A DNA stretch of 63,886 bases, counting the filler, from Chiloscyllium plagiosum (Eukaryota): the NCBI RefSeq assembly GCF_004010195.1. It is 4 parts of one record of this genome, joined end to end, with 100 filler letters (N's around TTAATTAATTAA, not from the genome) between each part and the next. Parts side by side here need not be neighbours in the genome. Positions count along the whole stretch, not along the records: positions 1 to 16,521 come from NC_057715.1; 3 more parts are not named here. One strand, 5' to 3'. Shown piece after piece: positions 1-12,385 of this stretch; position 1 is the stretch's first letter, and each line of letters starts with the position of its first letter. Both the position numbers and the translations under genes were made by a program. The notes under the pieces were generated by a model. The model saw only the letters and a list, made by a program, of their open reading frames with translations. It made no database searches and had not been told where the DNA came from.

Positions 1-1415
1 ATTCCAATGATCCAAAAATGTGAATCCTTCTCCCATATACCAGCTCCTCAGCCATGCATTCATCTGCTCTTTCCTCCTATTCCTGCCCTCACTAGCTCGT
101 AGCACCGGGAGTAATCCAGATATTATTACTCTTGAGGACCTCCTTTTTAAATTTCTGCCTAACTCCTTGTAATCTCCCTTCAGAATCTCAACCTTTTCCC
201 TTCCTATGTCATTGGTTCAAATGTGGATAATGACCTCTTGCTGGCCCCTCTCCCCAGTGAGAACATTCTGCACCCTCTCTGAGACATCCTTGATCCTGGC
301 ACCAGTGAAGCAACACACATTCTGCTTTTTCGCTGCTGGCCACAGAAATGTCTGTCTGTACCTCAGCCTAGAGAATCCCCTAACACAATTGATCTCTTGG
401 AACTCAACATACCCCTTGATGTATTAGAGCCAGTTTCAATACTGGCTGTTCAAGCTATGTTCTCCTGAGAATCCATCACCCCCTACATTTTCCAAAGCAG
501 CATACCTTTTTGAACTGGGTATATCCACAAAAGACTCCTGCATTAGCTACCTACTTCTCTTACCTTTCCTGGAGTCAGCCCATCTAAGTGACTGTATCTG
601 AGGCTTTCCCCCCTTCCTATAACTGCCATCCATCACATACTGTCACTGTTGCGAATTCCTCATTGCTTCTAACTGTCTCTCCAATCAATCCATTTGATCT
701 GATAAGATTCGCAGCCAATAGCATTTATGGCAAATATAATACTCAGTAACCCTTAAACTCTCTTCAAACTCCCACATCCGTCAACAAGTACATATCACTC
801 TATTAAAGGCCATTTTTGCTCCTTCACAATCTACAGACCCAGAAAATAACACCGTCTTATTCCTCTACAAACACTGCCCCAGGTTAAATTAATAGTTATG
901 GCTTATATTTTAAGTTTAATCAAGAGACATATCTCCAAAAACACATAATCAAGAAAGAACCCACTCTACTCACTACTGCAGATTCTCTGTAGGCCACACT
1001 TAAAACAACGATTAACTTATCCGATTCTGTGCTGTGAACTTCGCCCAACAGTTCTGCCAAGATCAGTTGTGAATTTCATTGTTTGTTACTTTTCCCAGAT
1101 GCACTCCGATGTCCAAAGATACATGAATTCAAGCAGCAAAGGTAGTAACTGTGCAGGTTTTCTCCCTCTCTCTCCTGCAATGACCTCACCATGTGCTTCC
1201 TTTGTCTGTTCTTCAACTTTTTAAAAATGCTGTTGTTTTGACTTTTTTTTCCCCTAAGTTCCAAAACAATGCAACAGCATATAAAACAGTAATTGTTGCT
1301 CCTGCAATTTGAGGAAATCACCTCCAGCACCTAAAATACCTCAAAAAAGGGAAAGCCTCAGATACAGTCACATAGCTGTTACAGCCAGAAATTTTTCCCA
1401 TTCTCCATCTTGGAT
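1..1415 (-). mobile_element. CR1-type LINE, 5' portion (5'UTR plus decayed ORF1)
   Basis: Reverse complement of 1-65 reads QMNAWLRSWYMGEGFTFLDHWN, matching the esterase-like ORF1 segment also seen at 9819-10049. The element runs off the window edge. Confidence 0.7.
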
Positions 1416-1903
1416 AGGCCATTTTGCTTTAATATTTGTCATTTGGAAACTGGTAGAATCTATTATTAAGGTGGTTACAATAGACTATGTAGAAAATCAT
1501 TATGTACTCAAGCAGGGTCAACAATTTGTGTGAAAGGGAAATTGTAGTTAACTATAATGTATTAGAATTCTTTGAGGTGTAACAAGTAAAATGGATAAGG
1601 AGGAATCAATAAATGTTATGAACTTGGATTTGTAAAAGGCATTTGCTAAGGTGCAGTATCAAAGGTTATCACACAAAATTGTGATGTAAGTGGTAACATA
1701 TCATATTAAAACCCTTTTACTGGAGAACCCAAGATGCGGTGATCTAGGAGGATCGCGTTGCAGAGCTCCGCATCGCAGTACAAGTGGGGTGAACTTTCAA
1801 CCTGCCCAGCCTGGACCATTGCAATATCCTGGGACTCTGGAAAGGTCATGGAGTCCCAGGAAACTGTGAAAAATTAACTTACCTGCGTTTTTGCCATTCA
1901 GAG

Positions 1904-2714
1904 ATGCCAAAGAAGAGAGGAGGAGCATCCGAGGCCGGGCCCAGGGCCCAGCCTGCAGGATCCTCCAACTCCATTACCAAACAGGACCTAGGGAACGAGC
2001 TAAATCTTGCGAGATGTTGGGTAAGCAAATAGAGGAGAAGCTGGCTCCGATCTCTATCATACTGCACAAACATGAACAGCAGCTGGAAACCTGGAGAAAA
2101 GGATGGAAGAGGTAAAACGCAGGGTCACGGTGGTGAAAGCTGATATCAGTTCCTCCATGGATAGGATCTAAACTCTGGAGACATAGGCCCATAGTTTGCG
2201 TGACCAAGTGGATGATCTTGAGAACAGAGGCAGGAGAAAAATTATTCAGATCGTCGGTCTGCTTGAGTGTAAGGAAGGTGAGCGGCTAGTGGAATTTATT
2301 GAGGACTGGTTGCCGAAATTCCTTAACTTGGAGGCTGGCATGAGAGGCTTGAAGATCGAGAGGGCTTACCGGGTCATGGCATGGAAATCAGGTCTGGGTC
2401 AATGTCCTCATCCTCTCCTGGTGTGGTTTCATCATTATAGGGATAAGGAGAGAATCATGGAAGCTTCCAGAATCCAGGGGAAGGATCTGAAGACCCTAAT
2501 TTATGAGTGCTCAAAGATCATATTCTCCCAGGACTTCTCAGCAGCAATGATCCAGAAAAGAAAATCCTATGACAGTGTCAAGAGAAGACTGAGGGAGCGT
2601 GGGATTCAGTACTCCCTGAGGTATCTGGTGGTGCTTCGGAACATCTTAGATGGATCCGTACATTTCTTTGACATATTGGAGAAAGCAAGAAACTTTGTGG
2701 ACAAATTAACCTAA
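1904..2714 (+). pseudogene. L1 ORF1p, frameshifted
   Basis: ATG at 1904 (MPKKRGG...); ORF-track pieces 1891-2115 and 2196-2714 carry coiled-coil, RRM and CTD-type L1 ORF1 motifs. Confidence 0.8.
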
Positions 2715-3307
2715 TCTGAACAATTTAGTATATACAAATAGTAGTGTTGTTTGGCTGTCTTTGTTTGTTTTAAAAACAGAGCAAGTCCAATTGGAGCTTA
2801 CTTTTCCTTTTTTTATTGGTAATAATTTGGTTTAAAATATGTTTAGTGGCAGTTGAGATGTGTACTTTCAATTTCTAAGTTAAGTTATACCAAAGGATCA
2901 GTGGGGTATTCACCCCTTTTTTTCTTTAAAAAAAGAAAGTTTTCTTTATTCATATTGCTATTCCATGGTGTATTTACTTGCTTTTCTGCTTGTGTTTGCG
3001 GTGTGGCTCTACCTAGGAGGAGGGAAAATGGTTGGGATGGTTAGATGCCTACTTATGGGCAGTTTGGGATGAATAGTTGCTCCCTTTGGGCAGGGGGTGA
3101 GTTCCCCTATTCAGCGACATTGGTGCTTTACATTTTGGTTTGTTTTTTGTTGTATATAATTTTTGATAACCCTGTCGGTTTGTTAAATGTAGGGTTTTAG
3201 TTTAGTTTATGTAGTTTTTATGTTTGATAGATCATGTGACACTAAGGTTCAGTGATTTGTGGTTCGGGTTCCTCCTCTCTGGAATTTAAATGTTACTGCA
3301 GAAGGTT

Positions 3308-6300
3308 ATGACTAATGACTTGATTAAATGGTGTACCTGGAATATCATGAGGAGTCACTCACCAATTAAGTGGAAGAAGGTACTTTTGAGTCTTAGAAAG
3401 GAGAAGGTGGATATTGCTTTGTTACAGGAGACACCTTTGCTAGGGAGCATTTGAAACTACAGCAGAATGGCTTTGATCGGGTTTACTTTTCATCATTTAA
3501 TTCCAGAAGTAGGGGAGTGGTGATATTGGTTAGGAGGAATCTCCCATTTCAGTTACTAGAGTGTGTTAAAGACACACATGGGAGGTTTGTAATTCTCAAA
3601 GCCCTAATAAATAGGGAATAATATGGTGTTTTAAATGTTTATTGCCCTCTAGCTCATTCCCTCAAATTTTTGGAAGATGTGTTTTCTAAACTGATCAATC
3701 TCAAGTCCCAGCACATCCTTATAGGGAGAGATTTTAACTGGCTCATGGATCCCACAGTAGACAGATTGCCCAAAGGCCCCTTGATATCCTCTATACAAAC
3801 TAAACAACTGGTGGATCTGTGTGTGGAGTTAGGGTTGGTGGACGACTGGAGGTGTCTCCACCCTACAGGGAGGGATTTTATGTTTTTTTCCATCTGCACA
3901 GATATCACACCGGGATTGATATTTTTCTGATCCCCATGGCAGCCCTGGACTTGGTGGCATCTTGTACAATTGGTAATATTACCATCGCCGATCATGCTCC
4001 AGTTTACCTGTTGGTTAAGATTAAGGATGTTGCAGTGGGTTCGAGCTACTGGCGAATGGATTCCTTTATCCTCAAGGATAATAAGGTTGTGGAGTATTTC
4101 TCTCGGGAATTTTGGGCATTCCTAGACATTAACTCAGGCTCAGTTAGTTGCCCATCCATCCTTTGGGAAACTGCCAAAGCCGATGCCAGGGGGTTAATTA
4201 CTTCCAACTCTGCCAGTAGGAAGCAGCAGAAGGGTGAGCAGCAATGTCTCCTCAAAACACGATTGAAGGCAGCCGAGAAGGCTTACTTTGACAGGCTACA
4301 GAGGAATATGGTGCTGCGGTCTGCATTGGATTCCGTGCTTTCACAGACAGCAAAGAAGAAGCTTATCTTTGAAAAGCAAAGGCTATATGAGCGTTGTGAA
4401 AGGCCAGGCAAATACGTAGCATATCTTGCCAAGAAAAAGAGTACCCCACAAACCATTACATCGATTATGGAAGGCTCTGGGAACCTAACATGTGACTCCA
4501 AAAAGATTAATGTGGCAGTCCAGAGATTTTAATCTAAATTCTACCGATCTGAGGGTTGTGAGGAGGGATGGGCCAAAATGGTATCTTTTCTTAAAGATCT
4601 GGAGCTCCTGAGCGTGACCCCTGAATAAGAGTCTTTTCTCAATGCCCCCTCATCAGAGCAAGACGTGCAGGAAGCTGTGAAGCAGCTCCAGAGTGGAAAG
4701 GTGCCCAGTCCTGACAGTCTTCCCAGCGAATTTTATAAGGAATTTATAAACATACTGTCAGGACCAATGGTCAATATGTTTAATAACTCATACAGCCATG
4801 ATTGTCTCCCGCCATCTTTGAGAGAAGCCAATATTTCACTTATTCTTAAAAAACAAAGGTCCCGGAGGACTGTGCTTCATATAGGCCCAGTTCCCTCTTA
4901 AATGTGGACTTTAAAATCCTCTCCAAGACTCTCACGTTAAGGCTGGAGACTGTGTTACCTTCTATTGTTAAAGAGGACCAGACGGGCTTCATGAAGGGCC
5001 ACAGGTTCTCCAATAATGTTAGGAGGCTGCTTAATGTAATTCAAGCATGTCAACATTAGTAAATACAGGGGCTGGTGTTTTCTCTAGATGCAGAGAAGAC
5101 ATTTGACCGAGTTGAGTGGCCGTATCTTTTCTATTCTCTGGAGCGGTTTGGTTTGGGCGAAGTCTTTATAAGATGGGTAAAGGTTCTCTAAAGTGACCCT
5201 CTCACTGCGGTCATCACCAATGGGGTACGATCCAGCAATTTTAACATTTTTAGGGGCAGCTGGCAGGGCTGTCCCCTTTCGCCATTGCTTTTTACATCGG
5301 TGATTGAACCATTGGTGGAGGCCATTCGTGGGGATCCTAAGATGTCAGCTCCACAAGTAAAGTCAAAATTACATAAGATTTTGTTGTACACGGATGATGT
5401 CCTAATTGTTTTGTCAAATCAAGCAGTTTAGGTGCCTCACCTGATATAATGCATCTGCGCGTTTGGCGCCTTGCAAAATCAGAGGCAGTGCCTATGGGTG
5501 GTCTTATGAAGGTGCTAGGTCTTGAGGGTGAATATTGATTCCCGTTTAAGGGGTCACAGGAGGGTTTTGTGTTTTTGGACATATTCGTTACTCCAGCTCT
5601 GGAATGGTTGTTCAAAGTCAATTTTGTTCAATTATTTGACAAAATCAAACAAGACCTTCAAAGATGGGAGGTGCTTCCGGTCTCGTGGTTGTGTTGGATA
5701 GCGCTTAAGATGAATATTCTCCCCCATTTATTGTACCCTATACGAATGCTTCCCTGATTTTCAATGAGCAAACTCTCAGGAGACTGAACGGCTGGTTCAG
5801 CTCCTTTATTTGGCATCGTAATTGGCCTCTCATTAAATTAGCTAAGCTACCAACTGAGTTTGCTTTTATCCTACATGAGTGTTTGGGTCTGTGGAGACCC
5901 TCTTTCAATATGGTTAGATATCAAAACCTCCCAAGCAAGGTGCCCCCTTACTAGCTTGCCGTTTCTGGACAAAATTAGGACAGTTAGGGAATATTGCCAT
6001 AACCCAATGGTTATCAATACTGTTAAAGCATGGAGAGCAATTCGACAGAGGGTAAGCAATATTGGCAAAACATCTTCTCTTACACCTATGGTGAGTATGC
6101 AGGGTTTTCAACCGGGAATGATAGATTCAGGATTCAAAAATTGTCAACTAGGGGTGTGTCTTGCATGGGCGATTTATTTGACGGAGACACAATGATGTGC
6201 TTTGAACAGCTAACACGGAGATATGAGCTATCTAACAGGGACCTCTTTCATTTTTTTTCAAGTTAGGGATTTTAGTCAAAAAAAGACTACATTTCTGATT

Positions 6301-6988
6301 GATCCCTCCAAATCTGACCTAGAGAGGAGGATGCTCAGTGCTAAGAGTACACTTTCTGTGAGCACTTTATATCATCAGTTGGGGGAGTGTCCCCTTTGAT
6401 CGACTCTGCAGGGTGTGGGAGAGAGCGCTGGGTGTTGAAGTCTCCTCAGAGGCATGGGAGGATATTTGGAAAAATGCAAGAAAGATATCAATTTGCAATA
6501 GGACACATGCTTTACAGTTGAAGATTCTCCACAGGGTCCACTTGGCTCCAGAATGTTTATCAAAATTTAAACCAGGGGTATTTTCAACATGTCCTAAGTG
6601 CAAGGTCTGTATGGGCACTCTTACCCATTGTCTCTGGTCTTGTGGTAGATTTCAAACATACTGGAGTGCTGTGGCGGGTGTAAGGACGGAGAAGGATCTG
6701 ATTTCTCTACTTCTGGGCCTGCCCAGTGTGTTCCCTGCAGATGCACATAAGAAAAAACTTTTCAGTATCCTCACTTTCTGTGCAAGAAAGAATATCTTGC
6801 TGGGCTGGGAATTGAAAACCCCCCGAGCCTGTCAGGTTGGCGGAAGATTGTTATGGAACATATCCCTTTGCATTTTCTCACAAGTATGGTACACCACAAA
6901 ACTGAGAATTTTTATAAGACATGGCAGCCCCTTTTTGGAATTCCTTGATGCAGATTTATCTGCCACGTTAACAAGGGCTTTTATATAG
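3308..6988 (+). pseudogene. L1 ORF2p (APE endonuclease, RT, CCHC), disrupted
   Basis: ATG at 3308 (MTNDLIKWCTWNI); collinear fragments 3670-3930, 3819-4532, 4665-4901, 5569-5757, 5860-6195, 6413-6988. Confidence 0.88.
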
Positions 6989-7737
6989 CTCCAATGATTG
7001 TATTTTATGAGTCCAATATCCAGGGAGAAGGAACTGTGAATGTATGAGTGTCTTGTTTGGCTGAGTTGAATTATTACTATCTATTAATTTGTTATTGTTT
7101 ATTATTTATTTAGTTAAAAGCTCTTTGGGTTTTTTATTATATATTTTTCTATATATATTTATACATTTGTGAATGAGGGCGGGTTAGTTTTTTAAAACTT
7201 TTTTGCGTTCTTTCTTTGTATTGTTTTCAATTGTATTGTTTTGAATTTGTTGTAATATTTTAAACAATCTATTTTTTCAATAAAATATATTTAAAAAGAT
7301 ACTCCATTTGTCACTTGTCAGCCCACTTCCCCAGTTGATCAAGGTCCTCCTGCAATTTCAGATAACCTTCCTCACTGTCCATGATATCTCCCATTTTAGT
7401 GTTATCTGCCAACTTACAAATCATGCCTTGTATATTTTCATCCAAATCATTGATATAGATAACAAACAGCAATGGACCCAGCAATGACCCAAGGCACTCC
7501 AATAGTCACAGGTCTCCAGTCTGGCAAGCATCTTTCCACTATGACCACCTGCTTCCTAACAGCAAGTCAATTGTGTATCCAATTTGCCAGATCCCCCTGG
7601 ATTCCAAGTGATTTAACGTGCCAAAGCAGCCTACCATGTAGAAGGCCTACCATGTAGAAGGCCTTATCAAAGGCCTTTGAGTAGTCTGTATAGATTATGT
7701 CTATCACCCTGCCCTCATCAACCGTCCTGATCTGTTC

Positions 7738-8003
7738 ATCAATTCCAGCCTTGGGCGACTGTCTGTGTGGAGTTTGTACATTCTCCCCGTGTCTGCGTGG
7801 GTTTCCTCCGGGTGCTCCAATTTCCCCTCACAGTCCAAAGATGTGCAGGTCAGGTGAATTGGCCATTCTAAATTGCCCATAGTATTCGGTGCATTAGTCG
7901 GGGGGGGGGCGGGGATCGAGGTGGGTTGCTCTTTGGAGGGTCGATGTGGACTTGTTGGGCCGAAGGGCCTGTTTCCACACTGTAGGGAATCTAATCATCT
8001 AAT
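7738..8003 (+). mobile_element. HE1-like V-SINE, 5'-truncated, inserted in CR1
   Basis: Central domain TGTGTGGAGTTTG(T/C)ACATTCTCCCCGTGTCTGCGTGGGTTTCC and AATCT tail shared with other copies in the window. Confidence 0.85.
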
Positions 8004-8704
8004 CAGAACTTTAACAAATTTGTGAGGCATGATCGCCCACACACAAAATCATGCTGACTATTTCTAATCAAACTCGGTCTTTCCAAATGCATGTACATCT
8101 TATCCCTCAGAAACTTCTCAAGTAATTGGCCTACCACGGATTTTAGGCTTACTGGTCTATAGCTTCCAGGTTTTTCTTTGTAGCCCTTCTTGAATAAGGC
8201 ACAACATTCTCTACCCTCCAGTCTTCTGGGACCTCACCCATTGCTAACTATAATCAGTCAGAGCCCCTGCAATTTATTCTCTAACCTCTTGCATTTTTTT
8301 GGGGATATATTGAGTCAGGACCAGGATATTTATCCACTTTCATACATTCTAATACATCCAACACCGCCTCTACTGTGATATGGACTGTCCCCAATATACA
8401 CAGAGGAAAAATATGCATTGAGGAACTAGCCCATCTCTGTGGTTCCACACATACATGTCCACTTTGGTCCTTGAGAAGTCCTGTGCTCTCTCTAGTTATT
8501 CTTGTTTCTTTAATATACTTAAAGAACCTCGTTGACTTCATCCTAATCTTCTCAGCCAAGGCTATCTCATGCTCCCTTTTCACCCTCCTGATTTCCTTCT
8601 TCATTTAACTCTTGTATCCCCTGAAAACTTGCAGGGATTCCCTTGATCCCAGCTGCCTGTACCTGAGCCATGCCTTATTGTCTTCTGGTCAAAGCCTCAA
8701 TATG

Positions 8705-8796
8705 AGCTGAAAATGTGTTGCTGGAAAAGCGCAGCAGGTCAGGCAGCATCCAAGGAGCAGGAGAATCGACGTTTCGGGCATGCGCCCTTCTTCAGG
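8705..8796 (-). mobile_element. Penelope-derived mini-element with minimal hammerhead core
   Basis: Flanked by 13-bp direct repeat AAGCCTCAATATG (8692-8704, 8797-8809). Minus strand reads CTGAAGA-A-GGGC-GCAT-GCCC-GAAAC-GTC. Confidence 0.8.
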
Positions 8797-11149
8797 AAGC
8801 CTCAATATGTCTTGTCATTCAAGGTTTCCTATTCCTGCTAAACTTGCATTTCACCCACACTGGAACATTTGGACTTGAACTCTCGCTACCTCACTTTTAA
8901 AACCCTCCCACTTAGCGGAGGTCCCCTTGCCTTCAAACAAACTACTCCAATCAATCCCTGCAAGCTCCTGTCTAATTCAATCAAAATTCACCTTGCCCCA
9001 ATTTCGAACTTGAACCTCCAGACCAGTTTTGTCTCTCTCCATACCTATTTTAAAATTAATAGAATTATGGTCACCGGTCCCAGCGTGCTCCCCCACTGTC
9101 AACTCCGGCACCTGTTCTCACTATTTCCCAACAAGTTTTGCTCCTTTCTGTGTAGGACCCTCTATGTACTGTTTCAGAAAACTTCCCTGAACGCATTTAG
9201 CAAAGTCCATTCCATCTAAGCCCTTAATGCTTTGGCAGTCACAGTCTATGTTAGGAAAATTCAAATGCCCTACTATGACAATGCCATTGCTCCTGTAAGT
9301 CTCCCCTGTCTCTCTATATATTTGTTCCACTAATTCCCAATGACTATTTGGGGACATACAACCCTAATAACATCACCATTCCCTTCTTATTTGTCATCTC
9401 CATCCACAAAGCCTCATTGGATGATTCTTCAGTTATTTCATCTCTGATTACTGCTGTGGTACTCACCTTAATCAAACATGCAACTTCAACCCCTCACCCC
9501 ACTTTTTTCCACCACTTCTGTCGCACCTAAAGCGTCTGTACTCTGTCACATTAAGCTGCCAGTCCTGTCCCTCCCTTAGCCATGTTTCTGTAATGGCTAT
9601 AATATCGCAGTCCCACGTAGCTATCCACATCCTGAGTTCATCAGCCTTACCTGTTGGCCCTCTTGCATTGAAATACATGCAATTTAATTGAACAGGCATT
9701 CCTTGCTCCCTGTGTGTTCCAGCATGACCTGTTTCTTCAACTTACTACTTCTGATTACTGTATCTCCTTCCAGCCTCACACTTACTCCCTGCTGATGAAG
9801 ATCTGAACCCCTGCCAATCTAGTTTAAACCCTCCCTCGTAGCACGTGCAGACATTAGACCCCTCCAGTTCAGATGTAACCCGCCCCTCTTGAACAGGTCA
9901 CCTCTGTCCCAGAAAAGATCCCAATGATCTAAAAATCTGAATCCCTGACCCCTGCACCAAATCTTTAGCCGCTCATTCATCTGCCATATCCTCCTGTTCT
10001 TACACTCAACAGCATGTGACACTGGAAGTAATCTGGAAATTACCACCAATGGAATCTTGGCTTTTAACTTTTTTCCTAACTCTCTATAATCGCTCTGCAG
10101 GACAGCATCTCTATTTCTACCTCGGAGTCATTTGTGTGCAATGACTCTCCATCCTCTTTGAGAATGTTCTGCAGCTGCTCTGAGATATGCTAGACCCTAG
10201 CATCCGTGAGGCAACACATCATCCTGGATTCCTGTTTGCGGCCATAGAGTTTCCTGTCTATCCCCCTAACTATTGAGTTTACTATCATTAAGCTCCTGTT
10301 TAACTTTACCATTTCCCGCTGCACCCCAAGCCAGTTATAGTGTCAGCAACCTGGCTACTGCTGCTTTCCCCTGAACAGAAACGTCCTGCCCAACAGTATC
10401 CAAAATGATATACTTGTTTTCAAGGGGAATGGCCACAGAGGTTACCTGCACTCTCTGCCTACTCCATTTGCCTCTGCCTGCACCTTAGGTGTGACCACCT
10501 CACTAAAACTCTTACCTATGAAATGCTCAGCATCTTGGATGATCCTGAGTGCATCCAGCTCCAGCTCCCTTACCTGGTCTTCCAGGAGCTGTAGTTGGGT
10601 GTACTTCCCGCAAGTGTAGTCATCAGTGACGATGGAAGTCTCCCTGAGCTCCCACATCATGCAGGGGGAACATACGACTGTCCTAACTGCCATTTCAACT
10701 GCTGTAAGACTAAAGAGGAAAGTTAAAAGGACTTTACCTGAACTTAACTGTACTTTTTGCTGATCCGCTGCTCTCCAAGCCTCTTGAACCAAAGCCTTAC
10801 TATTTACTTTGCTAGCTACAAAGTTTGCAGTGGTACATCTGCTCATTTTTTTTTGGTTAGAGGGGGAGGAAAGGAGGGAAGCACTACTGTGACATAGTGT
10901 TTGGGCCTTAAGCACTCTTTGATATCAGGCCGACAATGCTTCACTCTTCAGTGCAGATGATAGCTTCCAGACTGTAATGTATGCACCAAAGTGATGACTC
11001 TCCCTCTCCGTCAACCTCTATTGGATGCTCTTCCTGCTGCTGATCGTGGGGGTGATTGCCAGATGATCTGCTCTTCAGTGGAGGTGACTGCTTCCAGACT
11101 GTAATGTATGAATCGAAGTGATGCCGCTCCCTCTCGGTCACTCTCTGCT

Positions 11150-11385
11150 AGAATGTGTGGGAAACCCTTGTTCAGAAGAATGAAACATGGAAGAAGCTTC
11201 TGCATGAAAGGACACAATTCACCCATTGATAAGAGAAAGTACTGAAAAGGAACTGGAGAAAAAAATGCTAGGGATGTCAAGGCCAAAGAACAATTCCATC
11301 TCCCAGAAATACTTGTCAAATGAGTTGTCAGAGTTGCAGCTTCAGGATCAGTCTCACCAGCTACGCAAGGATCAAAATCTTCCAT
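11150..11385 (+). mobile_element. Possible RTE-clade LINE 3' end remnant
   Basis: Frameshifted translation WETLVQKNETWKKLLHE ... TCQMSCQSCSFRISLTSYARI resembles the RTE ORF C-terminus (WE.LA.DR..W; C..C...C.SRIGL.SH.R). Confidence 0.4.
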
Positions 11386-11552
11386 GACAAGAGTCACAGG
11401 ATCTCTTAGGTGAACAAGTGATTGCTGATGACGCCAATCCCTCTCCCCATCACTTCTCTCAAAATGTATCACCTCATTGTATGTTCTGAAGAGGAGACAT
11501 ACTCAACTCTCTCTCCACAAATGCTGCCAAATATTTAAGATCATAAGATGTA

Positions 11553-11869
11553 GGGCCATGGTGGCACAGTGGTTAGCACTGCTGCCTCACAGCGCCAGAG
11601 ACCCGGGTTCAATTCCCGCCTCAGGCGACTGACTGTGTGGAGTTTGCACATTCTCCCCGTGTCTGCGTGAGTTTCCTCCGGGTGCTCCAGCTTCCTCCCA
11701 CAGTCCAAAGATGTGCAGGTCAGGTAAATTGGCCATGCTAAATTGCCTGTAGTGTTAAGTCAAGGGGTAAATGTAGGGGAATGGGTCTGGGTGGGTTGCG
11801 CTTTGGCAGGTCGGTATGGACTTGTTGGGCCGAGGGGCCTGTTTCCACACTGTAAGTAATCTAATCTAA
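11553..11869 (+). mobile_element. Full-length HE1-like tRNA-derived V-SINE
   Basis: Pol III A box TGGCACAGTGG 11562-11572, B box GGTTCAATTCC 11606-11616, central V-domain, AATCT tail. Confidence 0.9.
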
Positions 11870-12385
11870 ATTAGGCCATTTGGCCCATCAAGTCTGCTCT
11901 GCTATTTGATCATAGCTGATATGTTTCTTGACTCTATTCTCTGACTTTCTCCTCAGCTTTTGGTCCCCTCGCTAATCTAAAGCTATCTATTAATGTCTTG
12001 AAAACATTCAATGACTTGGCCTCCACAGCCATCTGTGGCAAAGAGCTTCACACAGTCACCACCCTCTGTTCAAAGAAATTCCTCCTCATCTCAGTACTAA
12101 AGGGTTGTTCTGAGGCTGTGCTGTTGGGTCCTACTCTCTCCTACTTGTGCAAACACCATCTCTACAGTCACTTTCTTGGTCTCTCATTGTCCTGTAAGTT
12201 TCAATGAGACCAACATTCTTCTAAATCCTTCCTTCTAAATTCCATCGAGTACTGACCTGAGTGTTCAACCATTCCTCATCTTGACAAGTGCTTCATTCCT
12301 TGGATCATTCTTGTGAATATTATCTCGACTCCTTCCAAGACATTCTTTAGACATGGGGCCCAAAAATGCTCACAAGAATCCAATT
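11870..12385 (-). mobile_element. CR1 3' end fragment
   Basis: Similar to other minus-strand CR1 3' ends in the window; interrupted by the SINE at 11553. Confidence 0.65.

Larger units (their letters stand above)
1722..7297 (+). mobile_element. Near full-length decayed L1-clade LINE
   Basis: ORF1 fragments (DDLENRGRRKIIQIVGL...FSQDFS), ~600-bp T-rich inter-ORF spacer, ORF2 endonuclease (WCTWNI, LQET, GRDFN, ADHAPV), RT (QGCPLSPLLF, YTDD), CCHC knuckle (CPKC...THCLWSC), AATAAA at 7279-7284. Many stops and frameshifts. Confidence 0.92.
7300..10900 (-). mobile_element. CR1 LINE with ORF1 and ORF2, 3'-truncated and decayed
   Basis: ORF1 Cys/Leu-zipper segment (MAVRTVVCSPCMMWE...CGKYTQLQLLEDQVRELE, ATG 10693), esterase segment 9819-10049, endonuclease (YFNARG, IAITETW, GHLNFPNID), RT (GSLLGPLLFVIYINDLD, KLADNTK). 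Confidence 0.9.

Noticed and set aside
11011..11472. 153-aa minus-strand ORF
   Set aside because: No ATG start, no credible splice acceptor, no recognisable family; the opposite strand looks like a LINE remnant.
11553..11625. tRNA-like sequence with A and B boxes
   Set aside because: Head of a tRNA-derived SINE continuing into the SINE body; not a tRNA gene.
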